64,000 nucleotides of DNA from Tubulanus polymorphus (lineage: Eukaryota > Animalia > Nemertea). The notes below the pieces were generated by a model. That model ran no database searches, was not told where the DNA came from, and saw nothing but the letters and a program-made list of their open reading frames with translations. The stretch spans positions 3,100,001-3,164,000 of the forward strand of contig NC_134036.1 in assembly GCF_964204645.1 (NCBI RefSeq), written 5' to 3'. Position 1 is the stretch's first letter; every line of letters begins with the position of its first letter. Below, one piece after another: positions 62,808 through 64,000 of this stretch. Position numbers and translations under genes: made by a program.

Positions 62808-63632
62808 TAAGAGTTAGTTGATAGCGGTACACCGGCGACAGCGATGTTGATGCCGGTATTGGTTTATAGTTCATATCTAGCTACCACACCCATTTATACC
62901 AGTTTGTTACAGCTTTATCTCTCCGCTGACATATTCATCATCGTAAGTTCTACCTCTCAATGGTGTCATCGACACCCGGATCATTAACTCTAACTGTACG
63001 TGGACCATAGATGAACGAATTAGTCGTAATTTTTTAGAGTCATGCTGTTATATATCCATGTGAGAGTTACTACAATTCTAGAATTGGCGCGGATTGATAC
63101 TTGAATAAGTGACATTGACGATCAGTGGAGATATATCCACCAGGTTTAAGACGCATGAATTGCTATCGTCGCGGTGTATGAGTTTTACAGCTGTTTTTAC
63201 AACCGCGGATGGATGACAGTAACTAATGATTCGACTTGATCTTCATTTTCTCGAGGGATCTGGCGAATGAATGATGTTTTTTTTTTCTTCTTTCAATCGC
63301 GCGGTGGTTGCTCGCACCTCTATGGCGCGTATTCTGGATTGATGAGATTTTCGATTGTGTTTTTAAGCGTCGCGTAGCTAGCTGTTCGGAATTCTTGAAA
63401 TTGCGTCTCTCGAGGGGTATTGTTTATTTTGTGTCAACTTCGATTTATTTCTTTTCATCGGAGTCGCGGTGATGTAGCGCTTTCAACTCGGTCAGATCTG
63501 GATTTCGTAGATTTGTGTTCAGCACTGAACGGTAAATTTTTGTAGTCGTGTAAATATGTGATGGTCAGGATGAGAAAACCATTCTTTTAGCCTGCTTGGC
63601 CGAAAGGCTATTCGGGCATATGCTGTACCCCC

Positions 63633-63860
63633 GGGACCAGTTGCACAGTCTTGAGTTAAGTCCAAAAGTGGTCTTTAAGACTGGTCTTAAGTTGGTAGAT
63701 TGGCTTGACTATGGAACTGGGACCAGTTGCACAGTCTTGACTTAAGTCCAAAAGTGGTTTAAAATCTTAAGACTGGTGCTTAAGTTGGTAGATTGGCTAT
63801 GGCTATGGATCCATGTTGGTCTTAGACTGGACTTAAGTCTAAGCTATGACTATGCGACCG
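63633..63860. mobile_element. Tandem/compound MITE (gggaccagttgcacagtc...gactatggaactgg)
   Basis: Two head-to-tail starts at 63633 and 63719 with inverted ends; same terminal style as 14329. Confidence 0.65.
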
Positions 63861-64000
63861 TCTTTGTGGTGGTCTGGCATGTGTATCTGTGCATCAGATT
63901 TCTTGTGAACACAATTTTTGACAAGTCGTCTTCGAATTTGGATATGTTGTGTATGACCAAAAAATTCTCGCACAATATTGATATTGGTAATCGGATCCAA

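Overview
This is eukaryotic DNA, AT-rich and intron-containing, most likely from a marine invertebrate; the taxon cannot be fixed from sequence alone. The first ~17 kb has no gene I can identify. It holds a (TA)n microsatellite, a 4.5-kb purine-rich 45/54-bp minisatellite with a 1667-bp higher-order repeat, a Helentron-type non-autonomous element, MITEs and a CCAAT/CpG promoter-like patch. From 17.4 kb onward seven spliced genes lie on strictly alternating strands: (+) nucleoside hydrolase, (-) NTAQ1/WDYHV1, (+) thioredoxin, (-) a GPI-anchored Ly6/three-finger protein, (+) a ~4470-aa C2H2 zinc-finger protein with a 7.5-kb exon, (-) MESD, and (+) the 5' exons of a type I PIP5K. Exon structures were worked out by hand from GT-AG sites and phase continuity. 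The most striking observation is that the nucleoside hydrolase has two tandem, intact, highly diverged (~30% identical by eye) alternative last exons. They swap the C-terminal third of the enzyme, including the specificity-related residue next to the Ca-binding Asp (FCDQ vs CSDQ). Other oddities include a ~30-33-bp-phased CCAAT array inside a coding exon, long intronic fold-backs, a Kolobok-type element, a Penelope/hammerhead-like palindrome and a tRNA-Phe half.
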